Shown here piece by piece: positions 38,388 to 48,617 of a DNA stretch of 64,000 nucleotides (the stretch's first letter is position 1; each line of letters begins with the position of its first letter). The position numbers and the translations under genes are program-made. This DNA comes from Thermoanaerobaculia bacterium (GTDB lineage Bacteria > Acidobacteriota > Thermoanaerobaculia > Multivoradales > Multivoraceae), in the NCBI GenBank assembly GCA_963664405.1, contig OY761158.1:6272001-6336000 (forward strand), written 5' to 3'. Under the pieces are notes generated by a model. That model was not told where the DNA came from. It ran no database searches and worked only from the letters and a program-made list of their open reading frames with translations.

Positions 38388-39449
38388 CTAGAAGAGAGCC
38401 ATCTGTGGCCCGGTTCGAGGCCGGCGAAAGGCGTCGATGTTGAGCTCGAGGCCTCTCGAAGCGAGGCCACTGCGATCGCGCGCAATGCGGAAGAGCTCTC
38501 CGATCTGGTCCGCGTAGCGCCCCGTTCCTCGCAGCCGGCGACCCCATGCGGTGTCGTTCATATTGCCGTCACGCACGTCGCGAACCCGGCTGAGCACACG
38601 CTCGGCACGATCGGGACGGTGGGCACGGAGCCAGTCTTCGAACATCGCCTCGAGGCCGAAGGGCAGACGCAGCATGACGTATCCCGCGCTGCGAGCTCCG
38701 GCTTCGGCGGCGCGGTCGAGGATATGAGGGATCTCGTGATCGGTGAGACCGGGAATGACGGGAGCCACCATCACTCCGGTGGGGATGCCGCTGGCGGAGA
38801 GTGCCCGAATGGCTTCGATACGGCGCCGCGGATGCGAAGCTCTTGGCTCGAGCTCAGCGGCGAGCGCGGCGTCGAGGGTCGGCACCGAGAGGAAGACGGC
38901 ACAGGCGTCGACTTCGGCGAGCTCGCTCAGATGATCGATGTCTCTGGTGACCAGGTGGTTCTTGGTGACGATGGCCACCGGGTTGCGGGCGTCGGCGAAC
39001 ACTTCCAAACAACGCCGCGAGATCGTCAGCTTGCGCTCCACCGGCTGGTAGGGGTCGGTGACCCCGCTCATCGCCACTGTCTGCGGGCGCCATCGAGGGT
39101 GCGCGAGCTCTTGCCGAAGAAGCTCCGGAGCGCGCTCCTTGACCAGAATTCGGGTCTCGAAGTCGAGACCGGCGGAGAATCCCAGGTACTCGTGAGTGGG
39201 GCGTGCGTAGCAGTAGGCGCATCCGTGCTCGCAGCCGCGATAGGGGTTGAGGCTGTAGGTGAAGGGCAGGTCGGGACTGTCATTTTTGGAAAGCACCCTT
39301 TTCGAGTCGTCGCGCAAAAGGATTGTCTCGGGGCGGGGGCCTCTTTCCGCTTCGCCCGTCTGTTCGTAGATCACGTCGAGCTTCTCGAAACGACCCTTTG
39401 GATTCGAGGTTGCCCCGCGTCCGTGAATCCACGGTTTATTACGCTTCAT
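38388..39449 (-). CDS. PA0069/Rv2578c-family radical SAM protein (SplB-like)
   Basis: NPYRGCEHGCAYCYAR CxxxCxxC, TDPYQP.E, LEPRA. Confidence 0.92.
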   Translation of the reverse strand: MKRNKPWIHGRGATSNPKGRFEKLDVIYEQTGEAERGPRPETILLRDDSKRVLSKNDSPDLPFTYSLNPYRGCEHGCAYCYARPTHEYLGFSAGLDFETRILVKERAPELLRQELAHPRWRPQTVAMSGVTDPYQPVERKLTISRRCLEVFADARNPVAIVTKNHLVTRDIDHLSELAEVDACAVFLSVPTLDAALAAELEPRASHPRRRIEAIRALSASGIPTGVMVAPVIPGLTDHEIPHILDRAAEAGARSAGYVMLRLPFGLEAMFEDWLRAHRPDRAERVLSRVRDVRDGNMNDTAWGRRLRGTGRYADQIGELFRIARDRSGLASRGLELNIDAFRRPRTGPQMALF

Positions 39450-39589
39450 TTACGCCATTCTACATTCGGCGACTCTCGAGTCAAACGAGGCCTGCGATCG
39501 CTGTCACCGAGGTGTACTACGGTGATCTCGACCCTCATCCCCGGCGGGTGACGGCCGCGCTCGAACGCCTGGGTCGCTATCTGCCCCAC

Positions 39590-41356
39590 TCAGGATGAGC
39601 GGGCTCGGCCTCGCAGCCAGGTGTGAAGCTTCTTCGCCGGCCAGGTGTTGATGCAGGACTCGCTCTCGAGACCACCACGCCGTCCGGTGAGGACGCCGTA
39701 CTCGAGAAAGTCCATCTGGCTCTCGGAGTGCGCGTCGGTATTGATCGCGATCTTGCAGCCGTGCGCGAGTGCATCGCGAACGTGGTGGTCGCGCAGGTCG
39801 AGGCGCCTGGGATTGGCGTTGATCTCGAGAACCGTGTCGTGCTCGCCCGCGGCCCGGAAGAGAGCCTCCATATCCGGGCGCAGACCCTGACGGCGGAGCA
39901 CCAGCCGCCCGGTGGGATGGCCGATGATGTGCACCCGAGGGTGGCGAATAGCGGCGAGGAGGCGCCGGGTGGCCTGGCTCGGACTCTGATTCAGCGAAGC
40001 ATGCGGAGAGGCAACCACGAGGTCGAGTTGAGCGAGGAGCTCGTCTTCGTAGTCGAGACTGCCGTCGGCGAGGATGTCGACCTCGGAACCGACGAGCACT
40101 TTGATTCCACGAATCCGTGCGTCGGCGGCTCGCACGGCTTCGATATGCAGTAGCAACCGCCGCGGGTCGAGCCCGTTGGCGATGACCGAGCTCTGCGAGT
40201 GGTCGGTGATCGCGACGGTGTGAAAGCCCCGCGACTTCGCCGCCCCCACCAGCTCGTCGAGGCTCCATCGCCCGTCACTGGCGACAGTATGGGAGTGGAG
40301 CTCGCAACGAATATCCGAGAGCTCTATGAGCCCGATCGGCGGCTCATCCAGCCGGCCTCGACCCTGACGAAGCTCTGGGGGGATGAAGGGGAGGTCGAGC
40401 CCGGCGTAGATCTCCTCTTCGCTGGCCGCGGCCAGCGGCGCGACGCCGCGGTCCTGAGGCCGCTCTTCCCGGCCCGGGAAGAGACCGTACTCGTTCAGAT
40501 GCTTGTCTTGCTGATTGGCAACCTCGCGCAGCCAGACATTGTGCTCTTTCGACCCGCTGAAGTAGAGCAGGGCGGCTCCCCAGGCTCCTTCCGGGACGAT
40601 GCGCAGGTCGGCCTGGAGGGCGACACCGCCGGTCTCCAGCCGAATCGAGCTCTTGGTCTCTCCGTGGGCGAGAACCTGGGTGACGGGCTCGAGGCCGACG
40701 AAGGTCCGGCTCAGAGCCTGCGGATCCTCACAGGAGGCTAGAATGTCGATGTCACCGATGGTCTCCTTGCCGCGGCGGAGGCTGCCTGCGAAGGCGATCT
40801 TCGATACGCCCTCGAGGTTGCCGAGTCCGTCGACGAGGACTCGAGCAATCGGCAGGGCTACACCGAGCGAGACCCGGTCCTGCGACTTCTCGCTGAAGGC
40901 GAGTGCCTTGTGTAGATTCGCCAGACTCTTTTCGCCCATCCGCGGCAGGCCTAGAAGCTCGGGAGAGTCGAGCTTGGCGCGGAGCTTCTCGAGACTGTCG
41001 ATCCCAAGCTCTTCCCACATCAGCTTGACCGCTTTCGGTCCAAGGCCCGGAATGGCGAGGAGCTCGAGAAGGCCGCGAGGGACCTTCTCGAAGAGCTCTT
41101 CGTGCTCCTGGATGCGACCGCTCTCTACGTATTCGACGATGCGAGCCGCCGAGGACTTGCCGATGTCGGGAATGGCGGCGACGCGCGAGGCCGCGGTGGC
41201 CCGGTCGGTGCGCACCAGTCGTTCGACCTCTTCGCTCATCGACACGAGCTTCCGCGCCACCCGGCGGTTGGAGACCGAGCGGAAGGGGTTGGCGCCGAGG
41301 AGATCGAGGCCGGCCGCGATTTCCTCGAAGAGCCTGGCGATCTTTTCGTTCGCCAC
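39590..41356 (-). CDS. polX: DNA polymerase X with PHP domain
   Basis: HhH motifs (IPGLGPK), GSLRRGKETIGDID, H.HT..SDG, TDHS, HPTGR, INTDAH. Confidence 0.95.
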   Translation of the reverse strand: MANEKIARLFEEIAAGLDLLGANPFRSVSNRRVARKLVSMSEEVERLVRTDRATAASRVAAIPDIGKSSAARIVEYVESGRIQEHEELFEKVPRGLLELLAIPGLGPKAVKLMWEELGIDSLEKLRAKLDSPELLGLPRMGEKSLANLHKALAFSEKSQDRVSLGVALPIARVLVDGLGNLEGVSKIAFAGSLRRGKETIGDIDILASCEDPQALSRTFVGLEPVTQVLAHGETKSSIRLETGGVALQADLRIVPEGAWGAALLYFSGSKEHNVWLREVANQQDKHLNEYGLFPGREERPQDRGVAPLAAASEEEIYAGLDLPFIPPELRQGRGRLDEPPIGLIELSDIRCELHSHTVASDGRWSLDELVGAAKSRGFHTVAITDHSQSSVIANGLDPRRLLLHIEAVRAADARIRGIKVLVGSEVDILADGSLDYEDELLAQLDLVVASPHASLNQSPSQATRRLLAAIRHPRVHIIGHPTGRLVLRRQGLRPDMEALFRAAGEHDTVLEINANPRRLDLRDHHVRDALAHGCKIAINTDAHSESQMDFLEYGVLTGRRGGLESESCINTWPAKKLHTWLRGRARSS

Positions 41357-41357
41357 G

Positions 41358-42020
41358 CTACTCGAGGAGGCGTTGGTGGACGCCGTGGATCATCTTGAAG
41401 ACCGGAGTTCTACCTTGCGCTGTGCGTTTGGGCTCCTCGGTCAGCCACTCTTCGAGCTCGACGAGCACGCGGACAGTGATGTTCGGGAGATTGAGCGCTC
41501 GGGCCTCGTCGATCGAGAACCAGCGCAGATCCACGAGCTCGCCGCTGCCGCCGAGGCGGCCCTGAGCGTGCTCCGCATCGGCGACGAAGAAGCGGGCGTT
41601 GAAGCGCTTCGGTCGGTAGGGAGGCGTGATCGCTCGGCAGAGTAGGTCGAGGGGTTCCAAATCCGGGGCCAAGCCTCTCTCCGCGAACCCCCTCCAGGTG
41701 GGGGAGTGTCGGTTCAGCGGTAGGCCTTCCTTGGCGAGAAGGAGCCCGGTCTCTTCGAAGAGCTCGCGCACGGCGGCGATCGCCAGGGCTCGAGCTCGTG
41801 CTTCGCTGGCCGCCCGGGTGAGACATGCCTCTACGTGGGGGCGCAGTGGCGAGGCGGGGCGGACGCGGCTGTCGGAGGGGTCGACACGTCCGCCTGGAAA
41901 GACGTAGGCGTTGGCCCACTGATCTCGGGAGGGGCGCCGCCCGAGCAGCACTCGCGGCCCATCGGACTCCCGGCGGAGGAGGATGAGGGTCGCTGCATCT
42001 CTTGGCCGGCTGGCGGGCAT
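41358..42020 (-). CDS. NUDIX hydrolase
   Basis: DAATLILLR, VFPGGRVD..D, AAVRELFEETG; ATG 42020 inferred (track starts 42263). Confidence 0.88.
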   Translation of the reverse strand: MPASRPRDAATLILLRRESDGPRVLLGRRPSRDQWANAYVFPGGRVDPSDSRVRPASPLRPHVEACLTRAASEARARALAIAAVRELFEETGLLLAKEGLPLNRHSPTWRGFAERGLAPDLEPLDLLCRAITPPYRPKRFNARFFVADAEHAQGRLGGSGELVDLRWFSIDEARALNLPNITVRVLVELEEWLTEEPKRTAQGRTPVFKMIHGVHQRLLE

Positions 42021-42129
42021 CGCAGGGGGAATCCTACCCTTCCGGCCGGGCCTCGCCGATGACTGGGCTGATGCGGTGACGCTCGTGCGCGCGGGTGTGG
42101 GATCTGTCAAACTTCCGGCAAAGAAAACA

Positions 42130-43413
42130 ATGTTGTCAGAGAGTCGAGATCGAGAGCGCAAACTGTGGAGGCGCCGAACCTTCCTCTTCTCTCTACTCTC
42201 TATGTCGTTTGCTCGTCGCCGTGCCCTGTCGCTGGAGCTCGATGGAGCGGAAGAGAGCGACACAGAGAGAGGCCGGAAACTCTCCCAGGCCGTTCATAGT
42301 GCCGTCGGACGGGGAGAGCTCGCAGGGGGCAGTCTGGTTGTGCTCCACCACGGCGAGGCCGTCGTCAGCGAAGCCTTCGGCTTTGCCGATCTGGAGTCGA
42401 GAAGGCCGTTCACCGTCGACCAACTCTGCTATATCGCGTCGCTTACGAAGCCTGTGGTTGCCACTCTCTTCGCCATTCTCGACCACCAGGGAGTCGTTTC
42501 GCTGGACGACCCGATCGCGAAATGGCTGCCGGAGTTCCGCAATGTCAAGGTGCGTGGCGAGACGGCGCCGGCCCAGCCTCTTCGCCTATGGCATCTGCTC
42601 TGTCAGCGCTCCGGGCTTCCGGGCAACCGGGATCCCGGTGCTATCCGTTCCTATCGACAGCTGCCCGCGCCAGGGCAGGCGCCCTCCTCTCGTCAAGGTG
42701 CAGAAGATCGGATCTCTTTCGGTCAACCCGCCTCGCTTGCGGAGATCGTCAGTGGTTGGGCTAGCGGAGGCCTTTTCGCCGAGCCCGGCACACGCTTCTC
42801 GTGAGGAAGCGCCGGTTCTCTCGCCGCGGCGAGAGTCGCGGAAGTCGCGACTGGGCAGGGGTTCGAGGCACTCACGAGAGAGATCCTGCTTGATCCTCTT
42901 GGCATGGACCACACTACCTACCGCCCGAGCCAATCTCAGCTCGAACGCCTACCGCGTTCTTACCTCCGAACGCCGGACGGTCTAGAGCTGGAGCGGCGCG
43001 GCGTTCCGTGGATCGAGAAGGACGGTTTGATCAATCCCGGTGGGGGACTGTTCTCGACAACTGAAGACATGGGCAGGTTTTTCCTGCTGCACAACCAGCG
43101 AGGCGTCATCGACGGCCGGCGACTGGTGTCCGAAGCAGCTCTCGCCCGCCTGTACCGCCTTCCGGCTGCTCTGGCCGATCAGTCGGCTCCGGACGTCAGC
43201 TACGGTCGGAGTCAGGAGGAGGGCCCTTACGGATTGGGCTGGAATCTCGCGCCGGACCGGAGCTGGGTCCGTCACTTGGGGGCCATCGGCTCGCTCGGGT
43301 GGGTCGACCTGCGTGTTCCCTGCGCCGGTGTCTTTCTGAGCGGCACTCCCTGGGACGGCGACAAGCGACTGGCCGACGAACTGATCGAGCAGACCCGGAG
43401 CACTTTCTCCTGA
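42130..43413 (+). CDS. Beta-lactamase-family serine hydrolase with Tat-like signal and an in-frame TGA at 42802-42804 (recoded protein or pseudogene)
   Basis: RRRTFL, SxxK (IASLTK), LDDPI..WLPEF, EPGTRFS-*-GSAG..ARVAEV.TG...LDPLGM, PGGGLFST..D..RF; the two track ORFs are in the same frame with no other stop. Confidence 0.8.
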
Positions 43414-43423
43414 GGAGTAGCCT

Positions 43424-44698
43424 ATGGTCTCTACACGTCTCTACCCCATTCCGCTATCGCTCTTCCTGTGCTTGGCGATTGTGCTCGGCGCTGTGCCTCT
43501 TGGGCTCGCCGGCGCCGCGGAACCTGCGGTCGACGAGTGGCCGCAGTTCGGAGGGCCCACGCGAGACTTTCGTATCAGCGGTGAGCTCGCTGAGTTTTCG
43601 TCCGACGGACCCCGCGAGATTTGGAGGCGCCAGCTGGGAGAGGGGTACTCCAGTGTCGCGGTGGCCGACGGCGTGCTTTACACGATGCTGCGCGACGGCG
43701 GCGACGAGCTCATCGTCGCTCTGGACGCAGACAGCGGTACCACTCTGTGGGAGCACCGCTACGCGGAGCCGGTGCCGGAGTGGGTGCTGGTGAATCAGGG
43801 GACGGGTCCCCACAGTACGCCGCTGATTCTGTCCGATCGCCTCTTCGTCGTCGGGGTGCGCGGGGCTTTCTTCTGCCTCGACCGTGCCAGCGGCAAAGTG
43901 CTGTGGCGACGCGAGTTGGTCGACGAGCTTGGAGGCACCAGGGACGACCGCGGCTACGCCTCGAGCCCTCTGGCCTTCGAGGGTCTGGTGATCGTGCCGG
44001 TGGGAGGGGAGGGCAGAGCCCTGGTCGCGTTTACCCAGAGTGACGGCGTGGAGGTATGGAGGTCGGGTGACTTCGAGGCGGCGCCGGCCTCGCCCGCTCT
44101 GATCGAGCTCGATGGCCAGACTCAGTTGGTCGCGTTTGTGTCCGAAGCCGTCGCAGGTTTCATCCCTCGATCGGGAGAGCTCCTCTGGCAGCACCCTCAC
44201 GAAGGGAAGGGCAACCGCCACATAAACACACCCCTCTGGTGCGGCGCCGGCCGACTCTTCGTTACTTCGTCGTGGGGCGGCGGTAGCCGTCTGCTGCAGC
44301 TCGAGCGTAGCGGGAGCTCGACCGAGGTCGACGAGCTCTGGTTCACCAACGAAGTGCGGGTTGCATTCAGCAATGTAGTGCGTCGCGGCGACCTTCTCTT
44401 CGGCTCTAGCGGCGAGACCACGGCACCTCTCGCCGCGGTGGAGATCGCGACCGGCGAGGTGGTTTGGCGCGACCGAAGCTTCGGCCGTGCCAATCTGGTC
44501 GAGGCTGGTGGGCGCACCCTTCTCTTTGACGAGCACGGTGTGCTGGCGCTGGTGACTCTCTCGCGAGACGGCCTCGAGGTCCACTCGCAGAAGAAAATCG
44601 TCGACGAGCTGGTGAGAACACCGCCTACCGTGGTCGGCAGTCGGGTGTACATCCGAACCCGTACCCAGCTGGTGGCGCTCGACCTCTCCGCCGATTGA
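43424..44698 (+). CDS. Exported PQQ-like beta-propeller protein (BamB-like repeats)
   Basis: Signal peptide, WPQFGGP.R, repeated ALDA.SG..LW tryptophan-docking motifs. Confidence 0.88.
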   Translation: MVSTRLYPIPLSLFLCLAIVLGAVPLGLAGAAEPAVDEWPQFGGPTRDFRISGELAEFSSDGPREIWRRQLGEGYSSVAVADGVLYTMLRDGGDELIVALDADSGTTLWEHRYAEPVPEWVLVNQGTGPHSTPLILSDRLFVVGVRGAFFCLDRASGKVLWRRELVDELGGTRDDRGYASSPLAFEGLVIVPVGGEGRALVAFTQSDGVEVWRSGDFEAAPASPALIELDGQTQLVAFVSEAVAGFIPRSGELLWQHPHEGKGNRHINTPLWCGAGRLFVTSSWGGGSRLLQLERSGSSTEVDELWFTNEVRVAFSNVVRRGDLLFGSSGETTAPLAAVEIATGEVVWRDRSFGRANLVEAGGRTLLFDEHGVLALVTLSRDGLEVHSQKKIVDELVRTPPTVVGSRVYIRTRTQLVALDLSAD

Positions 44699-44750
44699 GG
44701 GGAACGGCGCCGGATGGGTTCTTCGACGGACTCGAGAGGATTGAATCGCT

Positions 44751-44792
44751 TCATGCAAGTGCTTGACTCCAGATGTTCCAGGGCGCTAGAGT
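44751..44792 (+). promoter_or_regulatory. Sigma70-like promoter with overlapping near-palindromic operator
   Basis: TCATGC-AAGT-GCTTGA overlaps TTGACT(-35), then 18 bp, then TAGAGT(-10); the same design recurs at 55125 and 57595. Confidence 0.6.
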
Positions 44793-44822
44793 GGCCGTCG
44801 AGGCGACTCCGGAAAAACTGAA

Positions 44823-46067
44823 ATGAGGTACTTCGCTATGGAAGCATGGATGGCAGAAAATACGCGACTGTCGCTGCTAACGCAGCTCATTGCAGCCGCT
44901 GCACTCCTCTCCTCGATCGTCATCTCGGGGGCCGAGGCTAAGGACGGCCCATCGAAGGTGCGGGGTGCCCATGAAGGCATGGCCGCGGACGAGAAGACCG
45001 ACGACCTGGGTATCACGGTGCCACCGGCACCGGTCAGCCACCCCGGGCGGCGATATCCAGCTACAAATGAGTTCCCAACCGGTCCCGAAGTGGGGGAGCG
45101 CCTGCCCGAATTCTCGCTCCCGAATCAGAGCGGAGAGATCATTGATTTCCATAAGGATCGGGGCGACTCCAAGGCCATCGTGGTCTTTTATCGTTCCGTT
45201 GTTTGGTGACCGTACTGCCGCACGCAACTGGTCGAGTTGCACAACAGAATGGAAGATCTCGCTACGGACAACGTCAAGGTTTATGGCATTAGTTACGACT
45301 CCGAATCCAGCCTCACAGATTTCGTGGATAAGTACGATCTGAGTTACGACCTCCTCTCTGATGTCGATTCAGAGGTGATCAAGAAGTTCGGCATCCTCAA
45401 TACCCTGATTACTCCCGAAGACCCAGAGAAGCATCCCCAGACGGGGAAGGTTCTCTACGGCGTGCCCTTTCCGGGCGTCTACGTCACCGATGAGTCCGGC
45501 GTGGTTACGGAGAAGTTCTTCTACCGCCACTATGCCAGCCGAGCGTCCGCCGGGTCGATCGTCGACTCCACTCTCGGAGAGGTGCTGATGCCGAAAGAAG
45601 CGCCCAACGACTCGCTGCGTAACGATCAGGTCAAGATCACCGCTTTCTTGGCGGATGAGTCACTGAAGTTCGAGTATCAGAGCGTGCTTCATGTGCGTCT
45701 CGAGCTGGAAGAAGGCCTGCATGTCTACGGCGGTGATCTTCCGGAGGGCTATTTCGCAACAACGGCCAACGTCGATGAGACCAAGGGCCTACGAGTCGGG
45801 ACCCTGTCTTATCCGCCCACGACTCCGAAGACCTTCGAGGCTTTGGGCGTCACACTGGATACCTACGAGGGCGTTGTCGACATCGCCGTGCCGGTGTCGT
45901 TGACCTCTGAAGTCATGAATTGGACTATTCGCGACAAGCCGGAATTCATCGATATCCCGGTGACGGTCGACTATCAGGCTTGTAGCGAGACGGTATGTTA
46001 CAGACCCAAGTCGGAAACCCTGATGGTCAGAGCTCCGGTCACTGCACTCAGTATGCCTGGGCGCTAG
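44823..46067 (+). CDS. Exported peroxiredoxin/AhpC-TSA-like selenoprotein (W-U-P-Y-C) with C-terminal DsbD-N-like domain, copy 1
   Basis: Track ORFs 44823..45209 and 45237..46067 are in frame; the TGA at 45207 reads FYRSVVW-U-PYCRTQLVELH; hairpin GCAACT-GGTCG-AGTTGC at 45224-45240; C-terminal YQACSETVCY.P; start could be 44838 or 44850. Confidence 0.9.
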
Positions 46068-46091
46068 CCGTAGCTCTTCGCCTGAGATCCC

Positions 46092-46724
46092 ATGGTAATC
46101 GCCACACGAAGGGACACCAAGTCAGCGATCATGGACTCTGCCGAGCTCCTGATGGCGGAGCATGGGATCAATGGCGTTTCACTCCGAGAGATTCTGCGCC
46201 AGGCCAACGCCAACCCGGCCGCGTTGAACTATCACTTCAACTCCAAGGAAGGCTTGATTCACTCCATTCTCGATCGGCGTGGCCATGACATCCGAGTGCG
46301 TCGCATGGAATTGCTTCGGACCTTGGAAGGTAGCGAAAGCACACCGACTGTAGCCGGCCTGATCGACGCTATCGTCGATCCGCTGCTCGAGTTCCTATAT
46401 CAGGAGGGCGAGCCAGGCAGGCGCTTTCTGCGTTTCCTTGCACGCCTACACTCCGACCGCACGGGAGTTATCTACCGAATGGAGAGAGAAGAGTTCCCGG
46501 AAATGGTGTCGAGTATCGAAAGAGTGCTCTCAACCGCTTCTCCTCACCTTCCCAAGAGAGAGCGACGGCTCCGCATGGATATGGTGCTGGATACGATGTA
46601 CCAGTCTTTGGGGAATGCGGATGTGATGTCTGAAGATTGGCTTAATAACGACCACCACCCGCATCTCGATGAGCATATTTCGGTATTGAAGCGTTTTCTT
46701 TGTGGAGGCCTTTCGGCACCTTGA
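46092..46724 (+). CDS. TetR/AcrR family regulator (PsrA-like)
   Basis: AE.L.AEHG..GVSLREI...A..N.AALNYHF.SKEGL HTH. Confidence 0.92.
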   Translation: MVIATRRDTKSAIMDSAELLMAEHGINGVSLREILRQANANPAALNYHFNSKEGLIHSILDRRGHDIRVRRMELLRTLEGSESTPTVAGLIDAIVDPLLEFLYQEGEPGRRFLRFLARLHSDRTGVIYRMEREEFPEMVSSIERVLSTASPHLPKRERRLRMDMVLDTMYQSLGNADVMSEDWLNNDHHPHLDEHISVLKRFLCGGLSAP

Positions 46725-46752
46725 TGATGAATTCGGAAGAGGAGCGAGAACA

Positions 46753-47244
46753 ATGAGTCGATCGACTGACACGGACACAAGACGCGAATTCTTCAAAGCC
46801 TCGGCGACAGTCGCTGGCGCGGCAGCCGTTGCAACGTTGCTTGGTAGTGAATCGGCTCAGGCGCACGAAGTCGAGTTGAATGCGATAGGAGCGACTCCGG
46901 AGCAGTTCGAGGCGTTCATGGCTCTTCCGAGTGGTCCTGTTTGTATGGTAAATCTCCTCAAGTACAAGGAGGGCGCGAGGGCCGAGTACGGCAAGTACGG
47001 CGTCGAAGTCTCGAAGCTCCTCAAGGCCAACGGAAGCGAGCTCGTTTTCTCAGGGGAATGCAAGGCGACCCTGGTTGGCGGCGCCACCTGGGACAGCGTT
47101 GCGATTGTCCGTTATCCCGACAAGACGACCCTGATAGAGATGGTGCAGTCGCCGGAGTACCAGGCGATTCACCACCATCGAGAATCGGGTCTCGAAGGGC
47201 AGATCAATCTTGCCGTCTTCGAAAATGTACGGCCTTCCAAGTAG
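46753..47244 (+). CDS. Tat-signal DUF1330-like protein
   Basis: TRREFFK twin-arginine motif and AQA cleavage site; MVNLLKY, WD.VAIVRYP, SPEYQAI..HR..GL. Confidence 0.8.
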   Translation: MSRSTDTDTRREFFKASATVAGAAAVATLLGSESAQAHEVELNAIGATPEQFEAFMALPSGPVCMVNLLKYKEGARAEYGKYGVEVSKLLKANGSELVFSGECKATLVGGATWDSVAIVRYPDKTTLIEMVQSPEYQAIHHHRESGLEGQINLAVFENVRPSK

Positions 47245-47283
47245 CCTGTAATTCAAGACATCACAACGTCGAGGTAGCGCACA

Positions 47284-48237
47284 ATGTCTATACAGACACC
47301 GCTTTGCAAGATTCTCGGTATCGAACACCCCATTATCCTGGGCGGAATGATGGGGCAGAGCAATGGAAGACTGACTGCAGCGGTCTCGAACGCCGGAGGA
47401 CTCGGAACCCTCTCGAGCGCGACCTTCGGTCTGGAGGGCTCCCGCGAGCAGATGACCCAGTTGCTCGAGCTCACAAACAATCCCTACTCCGTAAACCTTC
47501 CCCTCTTTCATCCGATGATTCCGGATCTGATCACCTTGCTACCCGAATTCGGGGTCAAGATCGTGACGACCTCGGCGGGCAGTCCGGCAAAGTACACCGA
47601 CATTCTGAAGGACATGGGTATCTATGTGATCCATGTGATCTCGTCGGTCCGGACGGCCTTGAAATCCGAGGATGCCGGTGTCGATGCGCTCGTCGCGGAA
47701 GGCAGCGAGTCCGGAGGCAAGGTCGCGAAGATTGAAGTGCCGACCATCTCGTTGTTACCTCAAGTCGTCGAGCGGGTGCAGATCCCGGTGATCGCCGCGG
47801 GCGGCTTCGCGGACGGGAGCGGGTTGCTGGCGGCGTTGGCGATGGGGGCGCAAGGTGTGCAGATGGGGACTCGCTTCATCGCCTCGGAAGAGGCGCCGGC
47901 TCACGCAAACTGGAAGCAGGTGCTGGTCGATGTTGATGATTCAGCGACCGCGATCGCATGCCGCAATTCGTCGCCAACGAGGCTGGTGAGGAACGACTTT
48001 TTCGCCGAGCTGGATGCGCTGGACGAGCCGGGCAAGACCGCGATGGACTTCATGCCCGTTATGGGAATCGGAGCGAAGCGAATTCCGGACGATGTGGACG
48101 GTACGAAGGGCAACTACACGGCCGGAACCGGCTCAGGTCTGATTCGCGAAGTGCTTCCGGCGGGCGATATTGTCCGTCACATTATGGAAGAGGCCGAGCA
48201 GGCAATGGAGCGGGTGCAGCAGGTCTTCGTAAACTGA
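47284..48237 (+). CDS. Nitronate monooxygenase/FabK-like flavin enzyme
   Basis: HPII.GGM, AAVSNAGGLG, EGSESGG, PVIAAGG..DG, GVQMGTRF. Confidence 0.9.
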   Translation: MSIQTPLCKILGIEHPIILGGMMGQSNGRLTAAVSNAGGLGTLSSATFGLEGSREQMTQLLELTNNPYSVNLPLFHPMIPDLITLLPEFGVKIVTTSAGSPAKYTDILKDMGIYVIHVISSVRTALKSEDAGVDALVAEGSESGGKVAKIEVPTISLLPQVVERVQIPVIAAGGFADGSGLLAALAMGAQGVQMGTRFIASEEAPAHANWKQVLVDVDDSATAIACRNSSPTRLVRNDFFAELDALDEPGKTAMDFMPVMGIGAKRIPDDVDGTKGNYTAGTGSGLIREVLPAGDIVRHIMEEAEQAMERVQQVFVN

Positions 48238-48278
48238 GTCTCTCAGCAGGTAGGAGGACATGGAGTATGCCCGCAAAG

Positions 48279-48590
48279 GGTACTGTCAAGTTGACCGCTC
48301 GGCTGGCAGAGTTACAATCGGGCTGAGGTGTCGCACCAGCCGACCCGACAGCGGGAACGCCAGATGCGGAGGTTCAAATCCGCCGGACAAGCTCAACGCT
48401 TCTTGTCGGTCCATGGAGTCGTCGGGAACCTGTTTCGAGTGGGCCGTCATCTGGTGCGCTCCACTCACCACCGAGAACTACGAGAGCGTTCCTTCCTCGT
48501 TTGGCGACAGGAGACGTGCGTCTGCTGAACTCGGAATCAAGGCTCGTCCGCGGCACAAGCTCGCACCGGCAGGATTAACTTGACAGTGCC
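48279..48590 (+). mobile_element. Internally deleted IS6-family element (only the transposase 3' end remains)
   Basis: IRs GGTACTGTCAAGTT / AACTTGACAGTGCC; remnant SHQPTRQRERQMRRFKSAGQAQRFLS. Confidence 0.88.
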
Positions 48591-48617
48591 CTGGGAGAGT
48601 CTGGCGCTGAGTAACCA

